A DNA stretch of 64,000 bases from Eledone cirrhosa (Eukaryota). Location of the stretch: contig OZ024740.1 in NCBI GenBank assembly GCA_964016885.1, positions 411,742,001 to 411,806,000 on the forward strand. The letters run 5' to 3'. A program made the position numbers and the translations under genes. Below the pieces are notes generated by a model. It was not told where the DNA came from, did not search any database, and saw only the letters and a program-made list of their open reading frames with translations. Shown here in pieces: positions 1 through 9,016 of the stretch (position 1 is its first letter; each line of letters opens with the position of its first letter).

Positions 1-670
1 AGATGCGCACAGGGCGACGAAACTGTCCTGCACGCACTCGTCCACTGTCCGAAAATTGCTGACTTGTGGGTTTATGTCGAACACCTGCTGTCGCGTTTAG
101 GACGGATCCGGCTATCATCTGAGTCCATCGTGAGGATTGCCCCGCCCTCCTCCTTTAGCCGGGAAGGGCAGGCAGTTTTTATCTGTCTGGTGGCCATGGC
201 GAAAGAGATAGCATGGTGGACACGTTTGAAAGGGCTGAAGACGAGCACTTACCTCTTAGGTAATGCTCTGATTGACTTTTTCAAATTTCATTTGAAAAGG
301 AAAATCAGAGTAGAGAGGGAAGTGCTCTCTTCCCAGCATTTTGTTGAAAGATGGGTGAGAGAAGCAAGAATGGCCCGAGTGATTGGGCCTACTCTGAGTA
401 TATATCTGTAAATTAAAGGTGGAAAACTGGGAGAGGGCACTTGCCTTGGGGGTCAGGGTCATTGTGGATTTTTACTGGGCTTTCTCCACAAATGCCCCTC
501 CGAAGTCTCCCCCCCTATTGGGGAATTTTTCATTGTTATCTTTTGTTACACCCTCTGCTTTTTTGTTTGTTTTTTTACACGCAGAAGTGCCCATTTGTAC
601 CGTCCTGTATTGTCCTGCACTGTCCTTAATGTCTACTTTATGTAAACCCTTGTGGTTAATAAAGAAATCA
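1..670 (+). mobile_element. 3' end of a Tx1-like non-LTR retrotransposon (copy 0): ORF2 C-terminus and 3'UTR
   Basis: Near-identical to 6040-6712. ORF2 stop at 411, AATAAA near 658, ends aaagaaatca followed by (TTA)n. Confidence 0.95.
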
Positions 671-903
671 TTATTATTATTATTATTATTGAATGCCATG
701 GTTGACGGAGGCTCGGCTCTGTAAGGTATAGTAATTTTTGACCGTTAAAACAATTGTAAATTGTTTAAAACTTGAACCAAATTGTTGATAAAGACACCCT
801 CCTCCTCGTGAGAGGGGTCTTTCTGTCCGTTATTTGGCCCTTCGGGGTTGAATAACCAGTTGTTGGGGTTTTGTACCCAAAATTTCATTTTAAACAAAAA
901 AAC

Positions 904-2994
904 ATGGCTACCAAAAAGAAATTTCATACGTCACTCCCACTCATTCCGTCTTCTTCTTCCTCAATCATCACTACAGCAGAGAGAAGATTGTCTCTCTCCC
1001 TCCCTTCTTTAAATGTGTCTCTCTCCCCCCCTTCTCTTTCGCAAGCGACGAAAGAAAAGAAAAGTCTCGTGCAAGGCGTGCAAGGTTTCTCCACGACGAC
1101 GACGACAGCGACGAAACAGGTGTGCGGGAAATACGAAAACCCAGTTCATTCGTCTGACGTCAGGAATAATAGCAGTAGCAGCCGTAATAACAACAGCAAC
1201 AGTGACAATGAAAACAACAGTAGCAGCCGCAACAGCATCACCAGCAGCATAAACAACAACAGCATTAGCAGCAGCAACACCAACAACAACCACAGCAACA
1301 GCGGCGGAGGCAGTAGTCGTAGTACCTGCAGCAACAACAAAAGTACCAGCAGCTCTGACGACAACAACAACAGCAGAGAAAAACCAATCTCATTTGCAGG
1401 TATTGCGAAAAACCTGGAAACAATCCTCATAACAAATGAGGAATTAGAGGAAGCGAAGAAGATGGTGACAAAGAACGGACACCGAGCAATCTGCAAGGCA
1501 GCGAAAAATTTTTTCGAAACCCAAGAGCACTGTACGGTCACGTACCGTACAGTAAGTACAAAATCCCGTAGGGTGGAAAGAGCCACAGAGGCCCAAATAC
1601 AAAAAGCCTTGGGGTCTGTGTGGCAGAGGAAAACGCACATCACCCGAGGCAAAAAATACGCCACCGTAGACGTACTTTTTGCCACACCCCAGGAGGCAAA
1701 GGCCCAATCAGTAGTGACCCTAAGGAGCGAGGAAATGGTGTTGGTGCCCTCCTACTGCGGGCAAAAAATTGTGAGGGTCAAACTGACCCACGTCCCCCCC
1801 GGAATGACCCCTTCTTGGCTGGCCGCGTCTGTCCTCGTCGGAATCGAGGACAAAACAACTGTACTGCAAGTACAGAAAAAAGTAAGAGAAGATTGGGTCG
1901 GCTCCTCCATTGAGATGCTAATCCAAACCAACCAGGAGTGCATCGAAGCTATCCCGGATGTGATAGACTTCGATAACGGCACTCAACTGCCCATAAGTGT
2001 TGAGGGCAAACGCCCGAAATGCTTTCGCTGTGGATCGAAGACTCACCTCAGGGCCTTCTGCAACGAGAAGACCCTGAGAAAGGAGAAAACCCCCCTCCTC
2101 CCGAATCCGGTTCCACGGCTACCAGCAACAGGACAAGCGGCAACCAGGAACGATAGGTCCGTGGCACCCATACCCACTCCACGGAAATCAAAGACAGCAG
2201 CAGCAGTGGAAATATTAACAACAACAACAGCAATACCAAATGCAGCTGCAACAGAGACTCCAGTGCAAACATCACCAACAACAACAAGTGAAAGAGTGGA
2301 GCTGGTACCCCTCCCCGACCTTACAGAATCAGACATGGAGTGTGAGGTGGGAGAGGGATGGCAAAAGGTCTCAAGAAGGCACAAACGCAGAAGCAGCGCA
2401 TCGTCGCCTTTGAAAAGGGAGGAAAGAAATGAGAAAAGGGTAAAGTCTACTGCAAAGAGACCCACAGCAGCAACACCACCAACACCATCACCACCCACAC
2501 CAGCACCACCATCACCACCGGCGACAACCCCACCGCCAACAACACCTTCAACACCACAAGCACCAACATCGCAAACACAACAACAAAACACACACACCCA
2601 GCAACAACGACAAGAAAATAGCAGAACCACACCCCACCCCCAGAAAAACAAATGCACGGCAATAAACACACACAACAAGAAACTAATGACTTACATAATT
2701 GAACACACAGACATTTCACAACAGGACTACATAATACCAGCACCAATCAAAACGCCAACTAACATAAGACTGCTAAAAATAGCACAGAAACAATACACAA
2801 ACATTAAAACGAAATTCCCCAACGCAGTTGGTGATTTCAGGGACCTAGGAGGAACCATTAATCGAAGAGTATATTCAGACATTCTCTTAGAAGAGCCGAC
2901 GACCAGCCGAAGGGACGATTCAACGGTCCCTTCACCAGACGATCAAGTGAAAAGGGATGTAAAAACCATCCCTCCTCTACCAAAAATACGGTAA
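904..2994 (+). CDS. ORF1 protein (gag-like, single CCHC knuckle), type A
   Basis: ATG at 904 matches the start in copy A2. Contains CFRCGSKTHLRAFC knuckle plus N/S-rich and P/T-rich low-complexity segments. Confidence 0.9.
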   Translation: MATKKKFHTSLPLIPSSSSSIITTAERRLSLSLPSLNVSLSPPSLSQATKEKKSLVQGVQGFSTTTTTATKQVCGKYENPVHSSDVRNNSSSSRNNNSNSDNENNSSSRNSITSSINNNSISSSNTNNNHSNSGGGSSRSTCSNNKSTSSSDDNNNSREKPISFAGIAKNLETILITNEELEEAKKMVTKNGHRAICKAAKNFFETQEHCTVTYRTVSTKSRRVERATEAQIQKALGSVWQRKTHITRGKKYATVDVLFATPQEAKAQSVVTLRSEEMVLVPSYCGQKIVRVKLTHVPPGMTPSWLAASVLVGIEDKTTVLQVQKKVREDWVGSSIEMLIQTNQECIEAIPDVIDFDNGTQLPISVEGKRPKCFRCGSKTHLRAFCNEKTLRKEKTPLLPNPVPRLPATGQAATRNDRSVAPIPTPRKSKTAAAVEILTTTTAIPNAAATETPVQTSPTTTSERVELVPLPDLTESDMECEVGEGWQKVSRRHKRRSSASSPLKREERNEKRVKSTAKRPTAATPPTPSPPTPAPPSPPATTPPPTTPSTPQAPTSQTQQQNTHTQQQRQENSRTTPHPQKNKCTAINTHNKKLMTYIIEHTDISQQDYIIPAPIKTPTNIRLLKIAQKQYTNIKTKFPNAVGDFRDLGGTINRRVYSDILLEEPTTSRRDDSTVPSPDDQVKRDVKTIPPLPKIR

Positions 2995-3029
2995 GTGGTC
3001 TTTCCCATCTTTTCCACTCTATTTTAAAC

Positions 3030-6000
3030 ATGACCTCACTCAGAATAGGCAGCATAAATGCGCGTGGCTTGGGGTCGTCATGGAAGCAGGGTCACCTGCT
3101 CAACGACCTCAGGTCACTAAACATAGATGTAGTGGCCATCAGCGAGACCAGAATCTCCGAAGCACGGGCCTTCGCACCGATCTTCGGCGGCTACGATGTG
3201 TACGCATCTCCCAGCCGTCCTGGATCCGGTGGAGGAGTTGCTGTACTTTTTCGGAGAGGTTTGGATCTCGCCATACGGGCCATCTTCCTGGACCCAGAGG
3301 GTAAGCTGGTGGTGCTGGACGTGACCAGCGGAGACGGGCAATCTTTCAGGCTAGTGGCCGTCTATGCCCCGACAGGAGCAGGGCGGCCTGATTTCTTCCG
3401 GCGTCTGGAGACCTTTCTTGGAACGTCCCGCTCTTTAGTGTTAGTGGGCGACTGGAACGGGATCTTAGATGCACGCTGGGACTGTGTGGGATTAGCGGAT
3501 AGGGGTGGAGGGTGCAAGAGCCTCACCAACCTGCTCAGGCGTTTTGAACTGTCTGACAGGTACCGATTGGATTTCCCGAATGTGCCAATGTGGACTTGGA
3601 CAAACCGCATAGGGTCATCCAGATCATATCTAGATAGAGTATTTTGTAGGGAAATAGATAGGTCTAGCATAGGCTGTCCACAATTCAAGATAGTCAGCTA
3701 CACGGACCACAAATTCGTGACCTGTGTGCTTGACTTAGATAGGCTTCATAGACGAGGACCCGGCTACTGGAAGCTAAACGCGTCCTTACCAGCGCGCAAG
3801 GCCTACAGAGACCGGATTAGCGAACTAGTTAAGCGGGCGTTGACGGGGGCCATCGTCAACAACAAGTGGTCGTTTGCTCTGAAAAGAGCGATTAGAATAG
3901 AATCGATTAGGTTTAGTAAGGCTTTAGCAATAGAGAAAAATAGAGCAGAGGGAGAACTAGTTAGAAAATTAGACGAGGCGCTTAGCAAAGGCATTGCGAC
4001 CGACGTGCTTGCGGCGAAATTGGCCCTTGACCAATTCTTCAATGCAAAGCACGAAGGCTGCGTTGTCAGAGCTAGGGTGCGTGCTCTCAGACACGAGGGG
4101 ACGAAAGCCGTTCAATGGGCCCGAGTGGCGGAGGCGCGTCGTGGCAACAAAGCCACGATCCGGTCTTTGGTGGACCACGACGGGCGCATGCTACTCGATC
4201 CCGGGCAAATGTGTGAAGCTTTTCAGCGACACTTCGCTCAGCTGTTCGGGGGCAGCGGGGGGCCGGGTAGAGGGATGGACTTTAGTGTCTACCTCGACGG
4301 GCTGCCGCGGCTCTCGGCCACTGAGGCGAGGTGTTGCGAAAAGCCGATAACAGCCGCTGAAGTACGGGAGGCAATGACTGGCTGCACAAGGGGTAAATCG
4401 CCTGGTTTGGATGGTCTGCCCTATGAACTTTACGTACAGATGCCAGACTTGTTCGGAGGCCTCTTGGCGGACGTCTACTGCAACTGGCAACAGAACGGGA
4501 GAATTCCCAGTTCTGTGAGCCGAGGAGCGGTGGCACTGCTGAGAAAGGATCCGAACAAGGGGGATAACATAGACAATTTCCGGCCCATAACTCTGCTAAA
4601 CACAGAGTTTAAGATTTTGGCCAAGGTGCTAGCAAAGAGGTTGGCGCTTGTCGTTGGTGGTCTGGTGGGAGAGGCGCAGACATGCGCCATTCCCGACAGA
4701 TCCATCCACGACAACCTCCACCTCATGCGATACATCGTAGAGAGGGTAGCTAGGGAACCTGGCACGGGTGGGTCCTTGATCAATTTAGATCAGTCGAAAG
4801 CTTTCGATAGGGTCGACCATCGTTACCTAGCGGCAGTCCTGAGGGCGGCTGGCTTTGGGCCCGTCTTCAGAGGCTGGATCGCTGCCATGCACAGCGACAT
4901 CTGCTCTGTGGTGAGAGTGAACGGTCACCTGTCGGAACCGTTCAACATCATGCGCTCGGTCCGCCAAGGATGTCCCCTCTCGTCCCTCTTGTACGTATTG
5001 ACTCTCGAGCCATTACTGCACAAACTGGAGACGTTGAGGGGAGTCCCGCGCGAACTAGGATGCGGAAGATCCGTGTCAGCATATGCGGACGATGTCACCG
5101 TAGTGGTGTCGAACGCCAAACACATCGAGGCGATCGGCACTACACTAAGAGAATACGAAGCGGTGACAGGAGCAATGATCAACCAGGAAAAGTCAGTGGG
5201 CCTGCAGCTCGGCACCTGGAGAGGCAGGTCCATGCCGTCCAACAGCGTCGTCGGGCGCTGGACGGACGGACCGGTTAAATTGCTAGGGGTCTGGTTCGGT
5301 CCGGACCTCCAGACGGACAAAAACTGGGACGAGGTGACGAGCAGGGTGGCTTCTCTCACCCAGAAATGGGCGGAGAGGAAGCTATCCCTGAAAGGTCGAG
5401 CGGAGGTGGCTAACGCGTACATCGCGTCTGTCATCTGCTACCGCCTAACCGTCGTACCTTGTCCTAAGCCTCGCCTGACTGCGCTGGAGCGTTTGCTCTT
5501 TCGCTTTTTGTGGAAGGGACGTGCTCCGATGGTCAGGCGGTCCATCTGTTGTCAACACCCGCTACGTGGAGGGCTGGGCATGCCGTGGCTGATGATGCGC
5601 AGGCACGCGCTCAGGCTACGACATCTCCACCTCTTCCTCGACGGTGATCAGGTGTGGTCGCCGTTTGCTAGACGCGTTTTTCCCCAGCTCGTTTCCTTGA
5701 CGGAGCTGCAGTCCTGGGTCAAGCGAAGACCGAGAGGGAGCGCCTGGAGACTGGAATGTCTTCAGGCGCTCACAGCCCTCGACCAGTCGGGCAATGTGAT
5801 CGGTGGAAGCTCCACCTCGGCGTTCTATAGAGGATTAGTGGAGGGGAAGAGCGACGACGTACTTGGGGAAACTCTAGGCGTCGACGAAAATCAACTAGCC
5901 AATCTCTTCGGAAGAACTTTCGGGCCAGGGCCTATGGACAACTTCCAGAAATCTCTGGCCTGGCAGTGCTACCGAGGAGCCTTGCCAGTTCGGGATAAAC

Positions 6001-6449
6001 TCTACAGGCATGGAGGTGCCGTCAGCCGGGCATGTCCGAGATGCGCGCAGGGCGACGAAACCGTCCTGCACGCACTCGTCCAGTGTCCGAAAATTGCTGA
6101 CTTGTGGGTTCATGTCGAACACCTGCTGTCGCGTTTAGGACGGATCCAGCTATCATCTGAGTCCATCGTGAGGATTGCCCCGCCCTCCTCCTTTAGCCGG
6201 GAAGGGCAGGCAGTTTTTATCTGTCTGGTGGCCATGGCGAAAGAGATAGTATGGTGGACACGTTTGAAAGGGCTGAAGACGAGCACTTACCTCTTCGGTG
6301 ATGCTCTGATTGACTTTTTCAAATTTCATTTGAAAAGGAAAATCAGAGTAGAGAGGGAAGTGCTCTCTTCCCAGCATTTTGTTGAAAGATGGGTGAGAGA
6401 AGCAAGAATGGCCCGAGTGAATGGGCCGACTCTGAGTATATATCTGTAA
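3030..6449 (+). CDS. ORF2: APE endonuclease + reverse transcriptase + C-terminal CCHC
   Basis: APE motifs SINARG, ISET, GDWN, YLDRV, TDH; Tx1-type GYWKLN; RT motifs KSPGLDG, FRPITLLN, QGCPLS, YADD; zinc motif CPRC..ETVLHALVQC. Confidence 0.97.
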   Translation: MTSLRIGSINARGLGSSWKQGHLLNDLRSLNIDVVAISETRISEARAFAPIFGGYDVYASPSRPGSGGGVAVLFRRGLDLAIRAIFLDPEGKLVVLDVTSGDGQSFRLVAVYAPTGAGRPDFFRRLETFLGTSRSLVLVGDWNGILDARWDCVGLADRGGGCKSLTNLLRRFELSDRYRLDFPNVPMWTWTNRIGSSRSYLDRVFCREIDRSSIGCPQFKIVSYTDHKFVTCVLDLDRLHRRGPGYWKLNASLPARKAYRDRISELVKRALTGAIVNNKWSFALKRAIRIESIRFSKALAIEKNRAEGELVRKLDEALSKGIATDVLAAKLALDQFFNAKHEGCVVRARVRALRHEGTKAVQWARVAEARRGNKATIRSLVDHDGRMLLDPGQMCEAFQRHFAQLFGGSGGPGRGMDFSVYLDGLPRLSATEARCCEKPITAAEVREAMTGCTRGKSPGLDGLPYELYVQMPDLFGGLLADVYCNWQQNGRIPSSVSRGAVALLRKDPNKGDNIDNFRPITLLNTEFKILAKVLAKRLALVVGGLVGEAQTCAIPDRSIHDNLHLMRYIVERVAREPGTGGSLINLDQSKAFDRVDHRYLAAVLRAAGFGPVFRGWIAAMHSDICSVVRVNGHLSEPFNIMRSVRQGCPLSSLLYVLTLEPLLHKLETLRGVPRELGCGRSVSAYADDVTVVVSNAKHIEAIGTTLREYEAVTGAMINQEKSVGLQLGTWRGRSMPSNSVVGRWTDGPVKLLGVWFGPDLQTDKNWDEVTSRVASLTQKWAERKLSLKGRAEVANAYIASVICYRLTVVPCPKPRLTALERLLFRFLWKGRAPMVRRSICCQHPLRGGLGMPWLMMRRHALRLRHLHLFLDGDQVWSPFARRVFPQLVSLTELQSWVKRRPRGSAWRLECLQALTALDQSGNVIGGSSTSAFYRGLVEGKSDDVLGETLGVDENQLANLFGRTFGPGPMDNFQKSLAWQCYRGALPVRDKLYRHGGAVSRACPRCAQGDETVLHALVQCPKIADLWVHVEHLLSRLGRIQLSSESIVRIAPPSSFSREGQAVFICLVAMAKEIVWWTRLKGLKTSTYLFGDALIDFFKFHLKRKIRVEREVLSSQHFVERWVREARMARVNGPTLSIYL

Positions 6450-6709
6450 ACTAAAGGTGGAAAACTGGGAGAGGGCACTTGCCTTGGTGGTCAGGGTCAT
6501 TGTGGCTTTTTACTGGGCTTTCTCCACAAATGTCCCTCCGAAGTCTCCCCCCTATTGGGGAATTTTTCATTGTTATTTTCATTGTTATTTTTGTTACATC
6601 CTCTGTTTTTGTTTTTTTACACGCAGAAATGCCCATTTGTACCGTCCTGCATTGTCCTGCACTGTCCTTAATGTCTACTTTATGTAAACCCTTGTGGTTA
6701 ATAAAGAAA

Positions 6710-6712
<3 letters not shown>

Positions 6713-6774
<62 letters not shown>

Positions 6775-6780
6775 GTTATT
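6713..6780. repeat. (TTA)n spacer between retrotransposon copies
   Basis: Seen directly. Equivalent tracts at 671-690, 12871-12899, 16282-16346, 17277-17311 and 23330-23368. Confidence 0.97.
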
Positions 6781-6988
6781 GGCGACCTACGTAGTAAATC
6801 GTATCATCCTGAGCTCCGCAAAGGTTCGTTATTTACGTTTGTTAAAAATTGTCATTTATGGAAAATTTTATTGTTAACTGTTTATAAGCGCACATACATT
6901 GTTTTTCGAAAAGGACACCCAAAAAGATTGGGGCCTTGTGCCCAAAATTTAAACTTTTATTATTATCAAAAAAATTTCTTTGAAAAAA

Positions 6989-8983
6989 ATGGCTAATTCA
7001 CCTCTGCACGAAGCAGCTGAAAGCCTTCCTCACAAATTAACACCTCACACCGACACCACCATTGTAAATGTTACTACGTTTGCCAACACAAAAAAAATAT
7101 AAGCACTAGCAATATTTTAAATTTGTCTCAGGCAGACATTCATTTCCCGCCATTACCAATGACTGCAGGTGTTAAAGCCTCCACCACCACCACCACCGCG
7201 ACAACCACCACCACCACCACCACCACCACCGCGACAACAGAAACAAAAGAAGAAAAAAATAAATTAACTCGTGATGTCGAAATGAAATCAAGCAAAATGG
7301 ACTCTTCCCCACCAAAGACGACTGACATCAGCACCACCACAACTGAAACTAAAATTAATATTAACGATAGCAACAACAACAACAATGACATTATAAAACC
7401 CCCCCTCAGTTTCGCCAGATTAGCAAAACAGTTCGAAGCATTTACGGTAACTTAGGAGGATTTAGAAAATGCCAAGCACATGGTAAAGAAAGATGGGTAC
7501 AGGGTCAGCCCCCCCCCACACACACACCTAATAAAATGGAGCATCGGCGCCTATGCACAGTGTCGTATAGAACAATAAATGTAAAATCGCGCCGAGTGGA
7601 ACGGGCATCCGAGTCCCAAATCCAAAAAGCTTTGGGACATGTGTGGGCAGGAAAAACCCACATCAGAGGTGGGGAAAAGTATGGAACCGTGGACGTGTTC
7701 TTTGAAACACCAGAGGAAGCTAGAGAACACTCCATGGCCCCATTAAGAAGTGACGACTTCACACTCGTCCCAAGCTATTGTGGCCAGAGACTCGTAAAGA
7801 TCAGGGTGACCCACGTTCCACCGGCCATCGAAATTCCCTGGCTAATAGCGGCTGTCCTCGCCGGCATCGAAGCCAACACGAAAATAATAGCAATAGCAAA
7901 AGAAAAGCAGGAGAACTGGTCCGGATCTGGGATGGAGCTCCTGTTCCAAGCGGACCAAAAAAGCATTGAGGAGATACCAGAGGTAATAGACCTCACTGAC
8001 GGCAGCCACCTCACGGTAATTGTCGAGGGCAGAAGACCTAGGTGTGTCGTTTGTGGTGAAGGAACCCACCTAAGGGCTTTCTGCCCTCAGGCTAAAAGGT
8101 TGAGGCCACCTCTCCTACCCACCCCAGTGACACAACCATCAACACCACCAGTAGCAGAGATGGCAGCAACAACTGTAGCAGCAACAACAGAAGCAACTAT
8201 AACAGAAACAACCCCAGCAACAGTAGCAAAACCAACACCACCACCACCACCAGCAAAACCAACACCACCACCACCCAACGCTTCAGAACTAGCACCAGCG
8301 CCTACACCATCCACCACGCCACAACCAAAACTAACGGCTGTGGAGGATTTTCCACTCCCCGGCCTATCACAACTGGAGACAGATTGTGACGACGAGGAGT
8401 GGGAAACGATATCCGGAAAAAAAAAGAAACCAAAAAAGAAAAAAATTCTCTTCCTTCCCCCTCCAAAAACAAAATACAGAGGGAAACAAATAAATTAAGA
8501 AACAAAAAAGTTAGGACAGATATGCCACCATCCACGCCAGCATCACCAACCCCATCAACCCAAACACCAACACCATCACCATCATTAACCCCAACACCAC
8601 CATCACCTACACCACAAAAGTCACCAAAATGCGAAACAGAAACAAACCCACAACAAACGCAAACAAAACAAAACAACCAAAACGATACACACTACACAGC
8701 ATTAAATTTGAACAATAAGCAATTATTACACTACATCCAACACAACACCAGCATCACAGAAAAAGACTACACAACAACCCCAAAATTCACACCACCTCCA
8801 CACATACAAATCACTCGCATCACACAGAAAACGTACATGACACTAAAACAAAAATTCCCCATAGACATCGGAGACTTCCGACAAGCACTCTCCAGGAGGA
8901 TTTATAAGGACATCCTTCCTGAGGAGGCCACAAGCTGTGAAAAGGATGGAAAAACCGTCCTTCCCCTACGAGAAGTAAGGTAA
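6989..8983 (+). pseudogene. ORF1 type B, disrupted
   Basis: Split across ORFs 7123-7455, 7536-8498 and 8399-8983. Homologous to ORF1A (TVSYRTINVKSRRVERA, VPSYCGQ, CVVCGEGTHLRAFC). Stop near 7453 and frameshifts at homopolymer runs. Confidence 0.85.
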
Positions 8984-9016
8984 GTGGTCTTTCCCATTTT
9001 CCCACTCCTTTTCAAC

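Larger units (their letters stand above)
691..6712 (+). mobile_element. Full-length Tx1-like (L1 clade) non-LTR retrotransposon, ORF1 type A (copy A1)
   Basis: Two intact ORFs, with (TTA)n on both sides. Same 5' start (gaatgccatgg) and 3' end as the copy at 17312-23329. Confidence 0.95.

Noticed and set aside
691-760. HDV-like ribozyme at the Tx1 5' end
   Set aside because: I could not build the nested double pseudoknot in either the A or B 5' end.
1009-6122. Antisense and alternate-frame ORFs within ORF1/ORF2
   Set aside because: These are expected by-products of GC-rich or low-complexity coding DNA. Their recurrence only reflects copy identity.
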